DNA from: Calditrichia bacterium
GTDB taxonomy: Bacteria > Calditrichota > Calditrichia > JAJRVZ01
NCBI GenBank assembly: GCA_963777955.1
Contig: CAVZSQ010000022.1
Coordinates: 256,001-320,000 of the forward strand
Length of the DNA stretch: 64,000 nt
Direction of reading: 5' to 3'
Below, in pieces: positions 1 to 11,600 of the stretch. The notes beneath the pieces were generated by a model that had not been told where the DNA came from, ran no database searches, and saw only the letters and a program-made list of their open reading frames with translations. Within the stretch, counting starts at the first letter, position 1. Every line of letters begins with the position of its first letter. The position numbers and the translations under genes are program-made.

Positions 1-906
1 GAGCTTTCACAATCACCGCTGGTCGATGGTTTTTTGGTCAAGATCGAAAATAACCAATCTGAATTTGTACTGGAAGAAAGTGGCTGGGTGATAGGGAACA
101 GCACCTACCGCTGGCGGGTCAATCTGGATAAGGATTTTGCCGGTACGCTGAATCTTAATATCAACTATCCGGCTGATTTTGAATTTTATTTTGCAGAGAC
201 CATTGTCGATACAGCGGAAAATAAACTGGCTTACCCACCACGGGTTGCCACTAAATTCAGGGTTCAGAATATTACTGAAAATATTAATGCTCATTTTCAA
301 TTCAAGGAATTTTACACAGTCGATTCGACTCTGAGTCCTTATCTGCCCTGGCAGAATCCGGATTCTATCGAAGCAGCACTTATCTGGGTAGATGATCCGG
401 ATCCCCAAAATCCATTAAAGTTACGTACCACCTGGCGGCTCTATTTTGAAGCAGATGGCACCGCAGGTCAGATTCCGCCAGCCGCGGGCGATATTTTTCG
501 TATTGCAACCCGCAAACCATTTCGTACGGGTGATCGGGTCACCTTCACTGTCAGTGGCAAAAGATTTGACCTGCAGAAGGCCAAGGTGGATCTGGATAAA
601 ATCGCCGTAGTGCCCAATCCCTATGTTGCAGCAGCAGCATGGGAACCAAGTTCACCCTTCCGAACGGGTCGCGGTGAACGACGAATCTATTTCACCAATT
701 TACCACCGGCATGCACCATACGCATCTATACCATCAGCGGATATCTGGTCGATACAATTGAACATAAAGAGACGATCGAGAATGGATCTGAATCCTGGAA
801 TTTACTTTCCAGGGACGGACAGGATATTGCTTATGGGATATATCTTTATCATGTGCAGGCGCCGGGTATAGGTGAAAAGATTGGTAAATTCGCTTTGATC
901 AAATAA
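1..906 (+). CDS. C-terminal part of a large secreted protein with a VVPNPY-type (T9SS/FlgD-like) sorting domain; 5' end outside the window
   Basis: Frame 1 is open from base 1 to TAA at 906. The tail IAVVPNPY...IYFTNLP..CTIRIYTISG.LV...WNLLSRDGQDIAYGIYLYHV...KFALIK has the sorting-domain pattern. Lies directly upstream of a PorV-family gene. Confidence 0.75.
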   Translation, partial: ELSQSPLVDGFLVKIENNQSEFVLEESGWVIGNSTYRWRVNLDKDFAGTLNLNINYPADFEFYFAETIVDTAENKLAYPPRVATKFRVQNITENINAHFQFKEFYTVDSTLSPYLPWQNPDSIEAALIWVDDPDPQNPLKLRTTWRLYFEADGTAGQIPPAAGDIFRIATRKPFRTGDRVTFTVSGKRFDLQKAKVDLDKIAVVPNPYVAAAAWEPSSPFRTGRGERRIYFTNLPPACTIRIYTISGYLVDTIEHKETIENGSESWNLLSRDGQDIAYGIYLYHVQAPGIGEKIGKFALIK

Positions 907-937
907 GAAATAAGTTCAAACAGGCAGGATACAGGCC

Positions 938-1962
938 ATGATGAAAAGCAGATATTTATTTATTTTTTTGATTGCGGCCGATTTGCTTTTGGCCCAATAT
1001 AAGAGTAACGTGTCTAATGTGGCGACTACGGCAGCACCGTTCTTGCAGATCGGTGTGGGTTCACGGGCAATCGGTATGGGCGGAGCATTTGTGGCCACGG
1101 CAAACGATGCCAGTGCCATGTACTGGAATCCGGCCGGATTGGGTAAATTAAATTCAGCCGAATTGATTTTTGTACATACCAACTGGCTGGCTGACATTAC
1201 TTTTGACTATGCCGGAGTTATTCTGCCGCTCGGTAAGATCGGAACACTCGGAGCTGGCATCACTCATACTGAACATGGGTGAAATGGAAGTCCGCACAGA
1301 AGATATGCAGGATGGTACAGGCGAATTTTTTAATGCCAGTGACCTGGCTTTGACCGTATCTTATGGATTCAGTTTAACCGACCGTTTTGCTTTGGGATTA
1401 AATGTGAAATACCTGCTGCAACGGATCTGGAAAGAGAGTGCTCAGGGATTTGCCATTGATATCGGTACTATTTACCAGACCGGCATCACCGGTTTACGTA
1501 TCGGAGCAGCACTCACCAATTTTGGTACCGATATGCGAATGGAAGGTGATGACCTGTTGGTCTATCATGATATTGATCCCTATCAATCGGGTAATAACGA
1601 TCGTATTTTTGCAGAGTTGCAAACCCAAAGTCTGGCCATTACCACTGAATTTTCAACTCGGTCTGGCCATGGACATCATTCAGAGTCCAGCACATCGTTT
1701 AACCCTGGCCAGCGATGCTATCCATCCGATTGATAATAAAGAAAGTATCCACCTGGGTGGCGAGTATGCGTTGCTGGAAAGATATTTTTTACGTCTGGGT
1801 TACCGGAGTCTGTTTCTAAATAACAGCGAGGAAGGCCTGACGGTCGGTGGCGGTATAAGCATGCCGCTGTTGGGTAATTTCAGGATTAATGTCGATTATG
1901 CCTATGCAGACTTTGGCCGTCTGCAGAATGCACAACGCTTTTCAATTAATTTAAGGTTTTAA
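938..1962 (+). CDS. PorV/PorQ (UPF0164) family outer-membrane beta-barrel; split by two apparent +1 insertions (~1265, ~1628)
   Basis: Signal peptide; FLQIGVGSRAIGMGGAFVA...SAMYWNPAGL motif; C-terminal DYAYADFGRL...FSINLRF. ORFs 938-1282, 1170-1733 and 1438-1962 join into one protein when one base is removed at each junction. Confidence 0.85.
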
Positions 1963-1964
1963 TT

Positions 1965-2005
1965 TTCCGTGTAGCATTGCTTAAAGGTTATGCTACATCA
2001 CGGAA
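1965..2005 (+). other. Intergenic stem-loop between the PorV-family and solute-binding protein genes
   Basis: TTCCGTG-TAGCAT ... ATGCTA-CAT-CACGGAA inverted repeat; no U-tract follows, so not a canonical intrinsic terminator. Confidence 0.45.
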
Positions 2006-2016
2006 GGTGATAAAGA

Positions 2017-3360
2017 TTGTGGTACCTCAATCACAGTATGCCGGTATATTATGGGCGAAGATATACTACCAGCAGCATCCGCACCTTTGAAAAACTCTTT
2101 CTAATCTTCATTTATTTTTGTGTCTCATGCGACCACAAAAATCCAGGGCAGAATGAAACACTGCTCTACTGGTCGGCCAATAATCCCTATGAGACTGAAT
2201 TTGCTCAGGCAGTAGTGACTGAGTGGAATATGCTTTTTCCGGAGACACCGGTTCATTTTCAACCAGTTCCCGAAGGCCGCTCCAGTGAAGAAGTAATTCT
2301 GGCAGCGGTGGTAGGTAAAACGACACCCGATATTTATTCCAACATGTGGCAGGGGGATGTTGAATATTTTGCACAGGCAGGTGTACTGGTTCCTCTTGAC
2401 ACTCTGGCCGGTTTTATCGATTCGCTGTACCAGCGCTGTGACAGTTCGGTGGTTAGCGAGATCACTTCGCAGGATGGTCACATCTATCAGGTACCCTGGA
2501 AGATCAATCCGATCATGTTGCTCTACAATCAGAATCTGTTCAGGGAAATTGGTTTTAACCAACCACCGCAGACTTATTCGCAATTTTTTAAGGCGGCTGA
2601 AAAAATGAAAGCGGATCTGAATGGAGATGGATATGTAGATCGCTGGATTGGTTATTCTGAAGTATTGGTTACCTGGTGGCAACGGTTTTTCGATTTTTAT
2701 CCGCTTTATCTGGCGGCCTCCAACGGCGGCATGCTGATCGAGAACAAGCAGGTGGTATTCGATAATGTTTATGCTGTTGAAGTCTTTGAATTTTTAAAAA
2801 CCTTGTACGATCAGAATTATTTTTCCAGGGAATTTTTATCTGCCCGCCAGGATGTATTTTTATCCGGGATTATTGCCAGTCGCTTTGCTGGTCCATGGGA
2901 AATCATACATGCTGAAAAGTTCAAAGCGCAGGGATTTAATTATTCGTTCAGCCCTTTACCGGCTCCGGACGGACATGAAGGGGCTATTTATACTTACGGT
3001 GATCCCAAGAATATAATTATATTTAATACTTGTCAGCAACCACGACAAGCCATGCGTTTTATCTTATTTTTAATAAACAGAAAAAATGATTTACGATTAT
3101 TACAGATAACCACGCAATTGCCCAGACGAAAAGAATTATTTGCCGATCAACAGTATGCCGAATATTTTCAGCAAAATCCCCAAATGATTCCATTCGCTCT
3201 TCAGGCCCAACACGTCCGCGGGACCGACAACTGTCCACAATTGAAAGAAATTTTCGATATCATTTCACAGGAATATGAAGCCTGTGTCATCTATGGAGTA
3301 AAATCACCAGCTCAGGCGGTTCATGATGCTGCCCGGGCAGCACAGGTGTTGTTAGAATAG
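2017..3360 (+). CDS. Carbohydrate ABC transporter solute-binding lipoprotein
   Basis: Lipobox-like FCVSC; PDIY, DGHIYQVPW, LLYNQNLFREIG..PPQTY..F pattern of family-1 solute-binding proteins; followed by two permeases. True start may be downstream of 2017. Confidence 0.9.
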   Translation: MWYLNHSMPVYYGRRYTTSSIRTFEKLFLIFIYFCVSCDHKNPGQNETLLYWSANNPYETEFAQAVVTEWNMLFPETPVHFQPVPEGRSSEEVILAAVVGKTTPDIYSNMWQGDVEYFAQAGVLVPLDTLAGFIDSLYQRCDSSVVSEITSQDGHIYQVPWKINPIMLLYNQNLFREIGFNQPPQTYSQFFKAAEKMKADLNGDGYVDRWIGYSEVLVTWWQRFFDFYPLYLAASNGGMLIENKQVVFDNVYAVEVFEFLKTLYDQNYFSREFLSARQDVFLSGIIASRFAGPWEIIHAEKFKAQGFNYSFSPLPAPDGHEGAIYTYGDPKNIIIFNTCQQPRQAMRFILFLINRKNDLRLLQITTQLPRRKELFADQQYAEYFQQNPQMIPFALQAQHVRGTDNCPQLKEIFDIISQEYEACVIYGVKSPAQAVHDAARAAQVLLE

Positions 3361-3391
3361 AAGATTAAAGATATAAGATAATTACAAAAAC

Positions 3392-4255
3392 ATGATACAA
3401 GGCAATAAGACAAAAACTATTCCTTATCTGATGGTCTCGCCCTATTTGTTGCACTTGCTTGTCTTTGTGCTTTTTCCGGTAGTATTCTCTTTATACCTGA
3501 TGTTTTTCCGGTGGAATATTATATCACCAATGGAATATATCGGTCTGCAGAATTTTTATAAATTATTCCAGGATAGGCTGTTTTTCAGGTCGTTGGGCAA
3601 TACCCTGATTTTTCTGGTGATTCACATCCCGTTGCAGATCATAATCGCTTTATTGCTGGCCGAGTTGCTTAATCAAAAAATAAAATTCAGATCGTTTCTA
3701 AGGGCATCCTACTTTCTGCCGGTTATCATCTCCGGGGTGGTTGTAACTATCGTCTGGTGGCAACTTTATGGCTATGATACCGGTCTGCTCAACCGGATTT
3801 TAATAAAACTTAATCTACCGAAAATGGGCTGGTTGATCAGTCCCGCCATGGCGATGCCTTCCATTGCCCTGATGGCTACCTGGAAAAATGTGGGGCTTTA
3901 TGTGGTATTGTTTCTGGTCGGTTTACAGAGTGTGCCTCACCACTATTATGAAGCAGCTGAAATTGATGGGGCTTCCCATTGGCAACAATTCAGATACATC
4001 ACACTACCGGCAATCAATCCAACGATTTTTATGGTGGTGGTCCTCTCAACTATCGGCGGGTTTTCGTTATTTATCGAACCTTATATAATGACTGGTGGCG
4101 GCCCGCTCAACAGTACTATGTCGGCAGTTTTATATATTTATAAACAGGCTTTTACTTATTATCACATGGGATATGCTGCGGCACTTGGATTCTTCTTCGC
4201 GGCTCTAATCATGCTGGTGGTAATAATTCAAAGAAAACTGATCGAGAAAGATTGA
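3392..4255 (+). CDS. Carbohydrate ABC transporter permease (MalF/UgpA-like)
   Basis: Multiple TM segments; EAA motif YYEAAEIDGASHWQQFRYITLP. Confidence 0.95.
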   Translation: MIQGNKTKTIPYLMVSPYLLHLLVFVLFPVVFSLYLMFFRWNIISPMEYIGLQNFYKLFQDRLFFRSLGNTLIFLVIHIPLQIIIALLLAELLNQKIKFRSFLRASYFLPVIISGVVVTIVWWQLYGYDTGLLNRILIKLNLPKMGWLISPAMAMPSIALMATWKNVGLYVVLFLVGLQSVPHHYYEAAEIDGASHWQQFRYITLPAINPTIFMVVVLSTIGGFSLFIEPYIMTGGGPLNSTMSAVLYIYKQAFTYYHMGYAAALGFFFAALIMLVVIIQRKLIEKD

Positions 4256-4256
4256 G

Positions 4257-5075
4257 TTGGACGTGCTGAAAAAAATATTGCTCTACTCGGTGCTACTGGC
4301 CGGGGCTCTGATGTTCCTCTATCCCTTCATCTGGATGCTCAGCGCTTCTCTGGCCCCGGAGAATGAGTTGAGTGATCTGGTCCTTTTACCCAGCCACTTC
4401 ACCCTGAGCAGTTATGTCCAGATGCTGGCCAAGATTCCTGTCGGACGGGCTCTGTTCAACAGTTTATTTGTTTCTATTTCAGTAACCGCCGGCGTGCTGA
4501 TCTTTAGTTCAATGGTCGGTTATGCCCTGTCACGTCTTCAATTTCGCGGTCGCGAGGTGATCTTTTACATTATCATATTTACCATGACCTTACCTTTTCA
4601 AATCACCTTAATCCCGCAATATATACTGATCGTTAAATTTGGCTGGGTTGATACTTACTTGGCTTTGATCGTACCCTACTTCATGAATGCCCTGGGGATT
4701 CTCATTTTTCGGCAGCATTTCAAAACGATCCCACAGGATTTGATCGATGCCGCCCGTATTGATGGTTGCGGAGAATTCCATATTTTGTTTAAGATATTAT
4801 GGCCTATCTCCATCCCAGCCCTGGTCACAGTCGCAATCTTAACCTTTTTAGGTACCTGGAATGAGGTATTGTGGCCCTTGATTGTCATCCGCACTGAAGA
4901 ACTTATGACCATGCCGCAGATGGTGACTCTTTTTGCAGTGGGTGGACGGGCCGAAGCACAATTGGGCGTCAAACTGGCTGCCGCCACCATGCTGGCTCTA
5001 CCCATCCTGATAGCTTATACATTTTTCCAGAGATATTTTATTCAGAGCATGGCTTCAACTGGATTAAAGGAATAA
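4257..5075 (+). CDS. Carbohydrate ABC transporter permease (MalG/UgpE-like)
   Basis: IPQDLIDAARIDGC EAA motif, WNEVLWPL, FQRYFI tail; TTG start one base after the previous stop. Confidence 0.95.
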   Translation: MDVLKKILLYSVLLAGALMFLYPFIWMLSASLAPENELSDLVLLPSHFTLSSYVQMLAKIPVGRALFNSLFVSISVTAGVLIFSSMVGYALSRLQFRGREVIFYIIIFTMTLPFQITLIPQYILIVKFGWVDTYLALIVPYFMNALGILIFRQHFKTIPQDLIDAARIDGCGEFHILFKILWPISIPALVTVAILTFLGTWNEVLWPLIVIRTEELMTMPQMVTLFAVGGRAEAQLGVKLAAATMLALPILIAYTFFQRYFIQSMASTGLKE

Positions 5076-5077
5076 TT

Positions 5078-6350
5078 ATGACTTGGCAGAGTAATTTAAT
5101 AAAAAAACAGCGACTGATTCTTAAACCAGACTCTCAAAGAGTGGTGGGACAATTTTTTGATCCGGGCAATGCTGAGCGGATGCATAAAATCGCCCGGCGG
5201 ATAGCGGGATTGACCGACCAGCAAGTCCAGGAGTTACTCCACCTGGTCAACCGGGAATTTGGTAAGCGACATCGTGATTTTAAGAATATGATCACGGAGC
5301 ATTTTTCCAAAATCGTCCGGATTTTTCCGGAATATGATTTGATTACGGCTGATCGAAAAATGCTGATCGGGGCCTACTTTAGCAAAGAGTATTCTTTTGA
5401 ATCCAGCGCCCTGATGAATCCTTCCATGGTCTTCTTTAATCACGGTCATCAAGAGAGCCGAACCATGGTACCTTTTATCATGAGTTTAAGGGCGGTTGGT
5501 GAAGGGCATGTTTCTTCGGTGACCTTCCGCAGCGGTTATCTGCGAACCGATGGTAACATTGTAATGGATAAAAAGTCAAAATGGGCTACATTGCCCGATG
5601 TGATTATCCATCCCTTTGAACCGGAAGCACCCGTGCAGATACAGTTTGCCCAGAATATTCCACCCGCAGAAAGAGTTTTGTATCCTCTTACCGTTGATGA
5701 ATGTAACGGGATCGAAGATGTACGGCTGGTACGTTTTATCAACGATGACGGATCGGTGATTTATTATGCAACCTATACAGTCTTATGATGGAAAAACCAT
5801 CAGTATAAAATTGCTGGAAACGGCCGATTTTGAATCTTTCAAAATATATCGCCTGCAGGGAACGGCAGTTCAGAATAAAGGATTTGCTCTTTTTCCTCAA
5901 AAAATCTCCGGTAAGTTTGCCATGATCTCCAGGCAGGATGGAGAAAATATATATATTATGTACAGCGAACACCTGTTGCACTGGGACCAGGCCGATGTAT
6001 TATTAGTACCGGAATTTCCCTGGGAATTTGTACAGAACGGTAACTGCGGATCACCGCTTAAAACAGATGAAGGTTGGTTGCTGCTTACGCATGGTGTAGG
6101 TCCATTCCGAAAATATGTGCTAAGTGCCCTGTTATTGGATCTGGAGAATCCGGCCCGTATCAAAGCACGTTTGCAGGAACCCTTACTCTGTGCCGATGAA
6201 AATGAAAGACATGGATATGTGCCTAATGTCGTGTATTCCTGCGGAGGACTAATCTGGCGTAAACGCCTGATTCTGCCATATGCCGTTTCGGATTATGCAA
6301 CACGAATTGCTACCATTGAATTAAAAGCATTATATAATAGAATGAGTTAA
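5078..6350 (+). CDS. GH130-family mannoside phosphorylase/glycosidase with N-terminal extension; split by a +1 insertion (~5781)
   Basis: NPS, SLRAVGEGHVSS, GIEDVRLVRF, YATYT(A)YDG after removing one base, NKGFALFP, GNCGSP, HGVGP, GYVPNVVYSCG. Confidence 0.88.
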
Positions 6351-6396
6351 TATGGGTACGCTGAAAGTACATACTTTAAAGAAAGGGTATAATACT

Positions 6397-7299
6397 ATGC
6401 CGGTGCAACGATTTGAGAAGAATCCGATTATAACAGCAGGGGATATTCCCTTTCAGGTTAACAGTATTTTCAATGCCGGTGCAGTCAAAATGAAAGACCG
6501 CTATATATTACTTTGCCGTGTGGAAATGCCGAATGGACGATCTGCTTTCGTGCGGGCGATCAGTACAGATGGCATTCATTTCCAAGTCGATTCTAAACCG
6601 TGTTTAACACCTGCTCAACATAGCGAATGGTCGACTTATGTCCAATGGGGAATTGAGGATGCCCGTATCACCGCGTTAGAAGGGAAATTCTATATACTAT
6701 ATACCGGTTATTCGTCTCATATGCCCCTGGTTATGCTGGCCCAGACTGATGATTTTCAGCAGTATAAAATATTAGGACCAATCACGGAACCATCAAATAA
6801 AGATGCAGTGCTGTTCCCTGAAAAAATAAATGGGTTCTATTGGAGATTAGATCGTCCCACAGCTGAAGACCGGCGGGAGATCTGGATTAGCCGAAGCCCG
6901 GATCTATTACACTGGGGCTGGTATCACTTTCTGCTGCAGGGAGAATCGGGGACCTGGGAGAATGATAAAATCGGAGCCTCATCACCACCTGTGCGTACCA
7001 GAGAAGGCTGGTTGTTGTTGTATCATGGTGTCCGCGGATTTGGGCTCAGTTCGATTTACCGCTTGGGTGTGGTTTTACTCGATCTTGAAAGTCCATGGAA
7101 AATCAAAGGAAAGAGCAGCGTACCCATACTCAGCCCGGAAATGGATTATGAACGGCTGGGAGATGTTCCCAATGTTATTTTCTCGACCGGCTGGATTGTG
7201 GAAGATAATCAGGAAGTGAAAATATATTACTCCGGTGCCGACACGAATGTATGTCTGGCTACGACCACCATTGATTATCTATTATCATTGTGCAGGTAA
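6397..7299 (+). CDS. GH130-family beta-mannoside phosphorylase
   Basis: RFEKNPII, FNAGAV, GIEDARIT, NKDAVLFPEKING, KIGASSPP, YHGV, GDVPNVIFSTG, YYSGADT; no signal peptide. ATG 6397 follows GAAAGGG; the ORF is open from 6352. Confidence 0.92.
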   Translation: MPVQRFEKNPIITAGDIPFQVNSIFNAGAVKMKDRYILLCRVEMPNGRSAFVRAISTDGIHFQVDSKPCLTPAQHSEWSTYVQWGIEDARITALEGKFYILYTGYSSHMPLVMLAQTDDFQQYKILGPITEPSNKDAVLFPEKINGFYWRLDRPTAEDRREIWISRSPDLLHWGWYHFLLQGESGTWENDKIGASSPPVRTREGWLLLYHGVRGFGLSSIYRLGVVLLDLESPWKIKGKSSVPILSPEMDYERLGDVPNVIFSTGWIVEDNQEVKIYYSGADTNVCLATTTIDYLLSLCR

Positions 7300-7317
7300 A
7301 GGTGCGGGTCACTAATA

Positions 7318-8608
7318 ATGAAAAATTATTGGACACTGGTTTTACTCTCTCTGCTGCTGACATTTAATTGCTCCAGGAGAATGGATCTGTCGACCTCCAC
7401 CCTGGTTAATACAGCACATCTAGATCATTTGTACGAAGATATCACCGTCGATAGTATACCTATGGCCATTATCCATATCTATAGTAACTTTCCCGATTAC
7501 CAATGGATTGATGCTGAAGGCGAAGGGATTACCTGTGTAGATGATGTAGCCCGTGCGATAATTTTCTATCTTGAACAGTACAAAGTAAGTGGTGATATAG
7601 AGTACCGCAAGAAAGTAAAGAAACTGGTCAGTTTTCTTCAGTACATGCAGGCAGCGAATGGCTGGTTTTATAATTTTATGAAATCTGATTATAGCATAAA
7701 TACCACTTATAAAACCAGCGTAGCCCTGCCGACCTGGTGGACCTGGCGTGCCCTCTGGGCTATATCGGAAACCGCCTTGCAACTGACCGGCCAGGACGGC
7801 CCGGATAAAAAGCAGCTGCAAGCATGTATGACTAAATCTGTACAACAATTACTTCTTCAGCAACCGGACACTTCCAGTTTTAAAAAAATAGCGGGGTTGG
7901 AACTTCCAACCTGGCTGCCTTATGAAACAGGTGCCGATCAGGCAGCAGTACTGATCTTGTTCCTGCTTAACTATTATAAATTAACGGGTACACCTGAAGT
8001 GCTGCCCTATATCAAAGAATTATGTTCGGGAATTATACTTATGCAACAGGGGGATAAAAGAAATTTTCCTCATTATGCCTTGCTGAGCTGGGAAAACAAC
8101 TGGCATGGCTGGGGTAATTCCCAGTCTTATGCTTTATTACAGGCTTATGCAGTTATACCCGATCCGGCTTTACTCACCACAGCTTTGAACGAGATTGATA
8201 ATTTTTATAATTACCTGTACCAGCAGAAATATTTAAACAGTTTTTCCATAAAAAAAGTGGCTGATCGCTTACAGGTTATTTCAAAACAACAATTTTCGCA
8301 AATAGCCTATGGGCTGCGACCAATGATCTGGGCCTGTTTACAGGCCGGGGTGATTACCGGAGATGCCCGCTATGATAAACAGGCAGGGCAATTAGTCCGG
8401 ATGGTTTTTCGGCGATAATGCGGCAGAAAAACGAATGTATGATCCCCACACCGGCCGGTGTTTTGATGGTATAAATAGTACGGATAAGATAAATGAAAAT
8501 TCGGGAGCAGAATCGACCATCGAAGCACTATTGACCCTGATCCGGATTGAGCAAAATCCTACAGCCAGACTGAATTTATTCGAGTATATGAACACCAGAT
8601 CAGAATGA
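7318..8608 (+). CDS. Uncharacterised lipoprotein, putative (alpha/alpha)6 glycosidase-like domain (CVDDVARA motif); split by a +1 insertion (~8398)
   Basis: Lipobox LTFNC; CVDDVARA, NGWFYNF, WWTWRALWA. After correction the frame continues GWFFGDN..MYDPHTGRCFDGI..NENSGAESTIEALL to TGA 8608. Confidence 0.7.
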
Positions 8609-8620
8609 GAGATGGTTTAA

Positions 8621-11600
8621 ATGATCGTTTATAATCGTATTAATCGTTTAAATTATTTGTTATCTGCAGGATCAGCAGAAATCCGTACAAAAAAGATAAT
8701 AATGATAGCTACTTTTATATTCTGCAATCTGGTTATTTCTTCACCCGCACAGCAGATTGACATCACCCGTATCGAGCAGATGCCCAATTTACCCGAGCCT
8801 TATGAAATGCGTGACTGGAAACAGGTTGCACTTGGTTATGATTCGCTGGTTTTTGATTTCGATCTCAGTGGCCAGTACCTGCCCCTGGTCTGGATGGATA
8901 ACGACGGTGTAAATTATCCCGGCCATAGTCGTTTTGGATTACATACGGTTGTTGGCACCCCCTATCCTGGTTCAGCAGAAGGGATTAATTTACTACCGGC
9001 AGTGATAAGTGCAACGCTGGCAGGGATCGACAAAAGCAATCAGCATGGCTTGAATTGGGTACTGATGTGTGAAGAGTTCTTTAACCGCCGTCCTCAGGAA
9101 AATGTATATTTAAATGCACCGGTTTACAACAGCGGACAGGATTGGTGGTATGATACCATGCCCAATATTTTTTTCTATCAGTTATACAATTTTTATCCGC
9201 ATACCGGGGATTTTGATTTTCAGTTTTCCATGATTGCCGACCGCTGGTTGAAAGCGGTTCAAATCATGGGGGGCAGTGACACCCCCTGGCATGTACCTGC
9301 CATGAATTACCGGGGCTGGTATCTGGAAACGATGACCGGTAATATCGATAATTTTCCCTATTATGAACCAGAAGCGGCCGGTGCAATAGGCTGGTTATTA
9401 TATCAGGCTTTTGTTTACACTGGCCAGCAAAAGTACCGAATCGGCGCAGAATGGTGTCTGGAATTTTTAAGCGGGCGATCGGCCTCGGCCAATCCTGCCT
9501 ATGAATTGCAATTACCTTATGGTGCTTATGCAGGTGCCCGCATGAATGCTGAATTGGGCACCAGTTATGATATCAGTAAAATAGTTAACTGGTGTTTTAC
9601 TACCGATGGGAATGTACGCGACTGGGGTGCCACCCTGGGTAACTGGGGCGGTTATGATTGTTATGGCTTGATTGGAGAGGCAAAATATACGGGCAGTGGA
9701 TATGCTTTTGCCATGAATACATTTGAACAGACCGGTGCACTGGTGTCAATGGTCCGTTATGATGACCGCTTTGCCCGGGCTATTGGTAAGTGGGTGTTGA
9801 ATGCAGCAAATGCATCCCGGTTATTCTACTCCAATTATCTGCCGGATTCCAATCAGGATAGTGAATTGTGGGCACAGCAGTACGATCCCAATTCCTGCAT
9901 CGCCTACGAAGCCCTGCGTGAAACAGGCTGGGATGGCTTGACCAAGCCATTTGCTACCGGAGATGCCATTCGCGGCGGTTGGGGCGCAACTAATCTGACT
10001 CTGTATGGTTCATCCCATGTCGGGATCTTTGGTGCGATCATCGATACTACCAACATCAGCAGAATCCTGAAACTGGATGTGCTTAAAACCGATTATTATC
10101 GTTCCACCGCTTACCCTACTTACCTCTATTTTAATCCCTATGCTCAGGATACCATGGTCAGCATCGATGTTGGAAATACGAGTTGTGATTTGTATGACGC
10201 GGTGAATAATACATTTTTAGATCAAAATGTCATTGGTCTGACTTCGTTTCCCATCGCTGCAGATGCCGCGGTCTTAGTGGTACTTACTCCGGCAGGAGGT
10301 ACAGAAACCTATAGATCTGGATAAAATGTTAATCAATGGCGTGGTGGTGGATTATCGGTCAGGCCAGCCGGTTACCAATTATCCGCCGCGGATCAAAAGT
10401 CTGGCCGCCGGCACAGATCTGGCTATGATCAATGAACCGGTAAAACTGTATTGTACCTGCAGCGATAAAGACGGGGATCTGCTTACTTATTATTGGCTGG
10501 CCGATTCAGGATCATTCTCGGGTAGTGGTAATAGTGTGGACTGGCTGACCCCCTCCACCCGCGGACAGTACCTGATTAAGTGCACCGTTATTGATAATCA
10601 GGGGGGAGAGGCTGCAGACAGTGTGGTAATCAATGTAACGGATAATCGTAATCCGAGTATTATTGAATTAAAGGCCAATCCTGCCGAGATCGATTCCCTG
10701 GAAATTACCGAACTGAGTTGTACAGCAGAGGATCCGGATGGTGACTCGTTGCAGTATCATTGGACTGTAATGGGTGGAGTGTTGAATGATTCACTGCAAA
10801 AGTATGTTATCTGGACAGCACCGCGACAATTTGGATTGTACTGGCTGGTGTGCAAAGTAACCGATAACCGGGGCGGTGAAGTTACCGATAGCCTGGGAGT
10901 CAGTGTGGGTCACCTGGTTGCTTATTATACTTTGGATAATAACACGGAAGATTTTAGTGGATTTGATCACAATGGTCTGGCTTCGGGAGTGACTGCGGTT
11001 GAAGACCGGCAGGGTATTCCAGATAAGGCATTATATTTTGATGGGCTAAATGATTATATCAGGATTGCCAATAGTCCGGCTCTCAATAATCAAAAAGCCA
11101 TCACGATCAGTTTATGGATTAACATTTCTCCTTACGATTCAACTCAGGAAGCTTATCCTATTTCACATGGTAACTGGGAAAACCGCTGGAAAATATCGAT
11201 CACCGCTAAGAAAATTCGCTGGACCATTAAAACGGATACCACAATTAATTCAGGAGTAAAAGATCTCGATTCGCAAAGCCAGTTGAAATGGGATACCTGG
11301 TATATGGTCAGCGCAACGTATGGAGATGGGAAAATAGAAATTTATATCAATGGTGTTTTAAATTCTGCTTCCACCTGGAATGGTTTATTACTGACCACGC
11401 CGATCGACCTGGTACTGGGTCAGCATTTACCGGGTAGTAACGGATATAATTTTAAGGGAGCGTTAGATGATGTGCGGATTTTTAATCAAATACTAAGTGC
11501 AGCGGATATACTGGAAATCTATAATCAAAGTACTGGTGGTTTTGAGAGTGTTACTGATGCGGGACCGGTTACTTTTCAATTGTATCAGAATTATCCTAAT

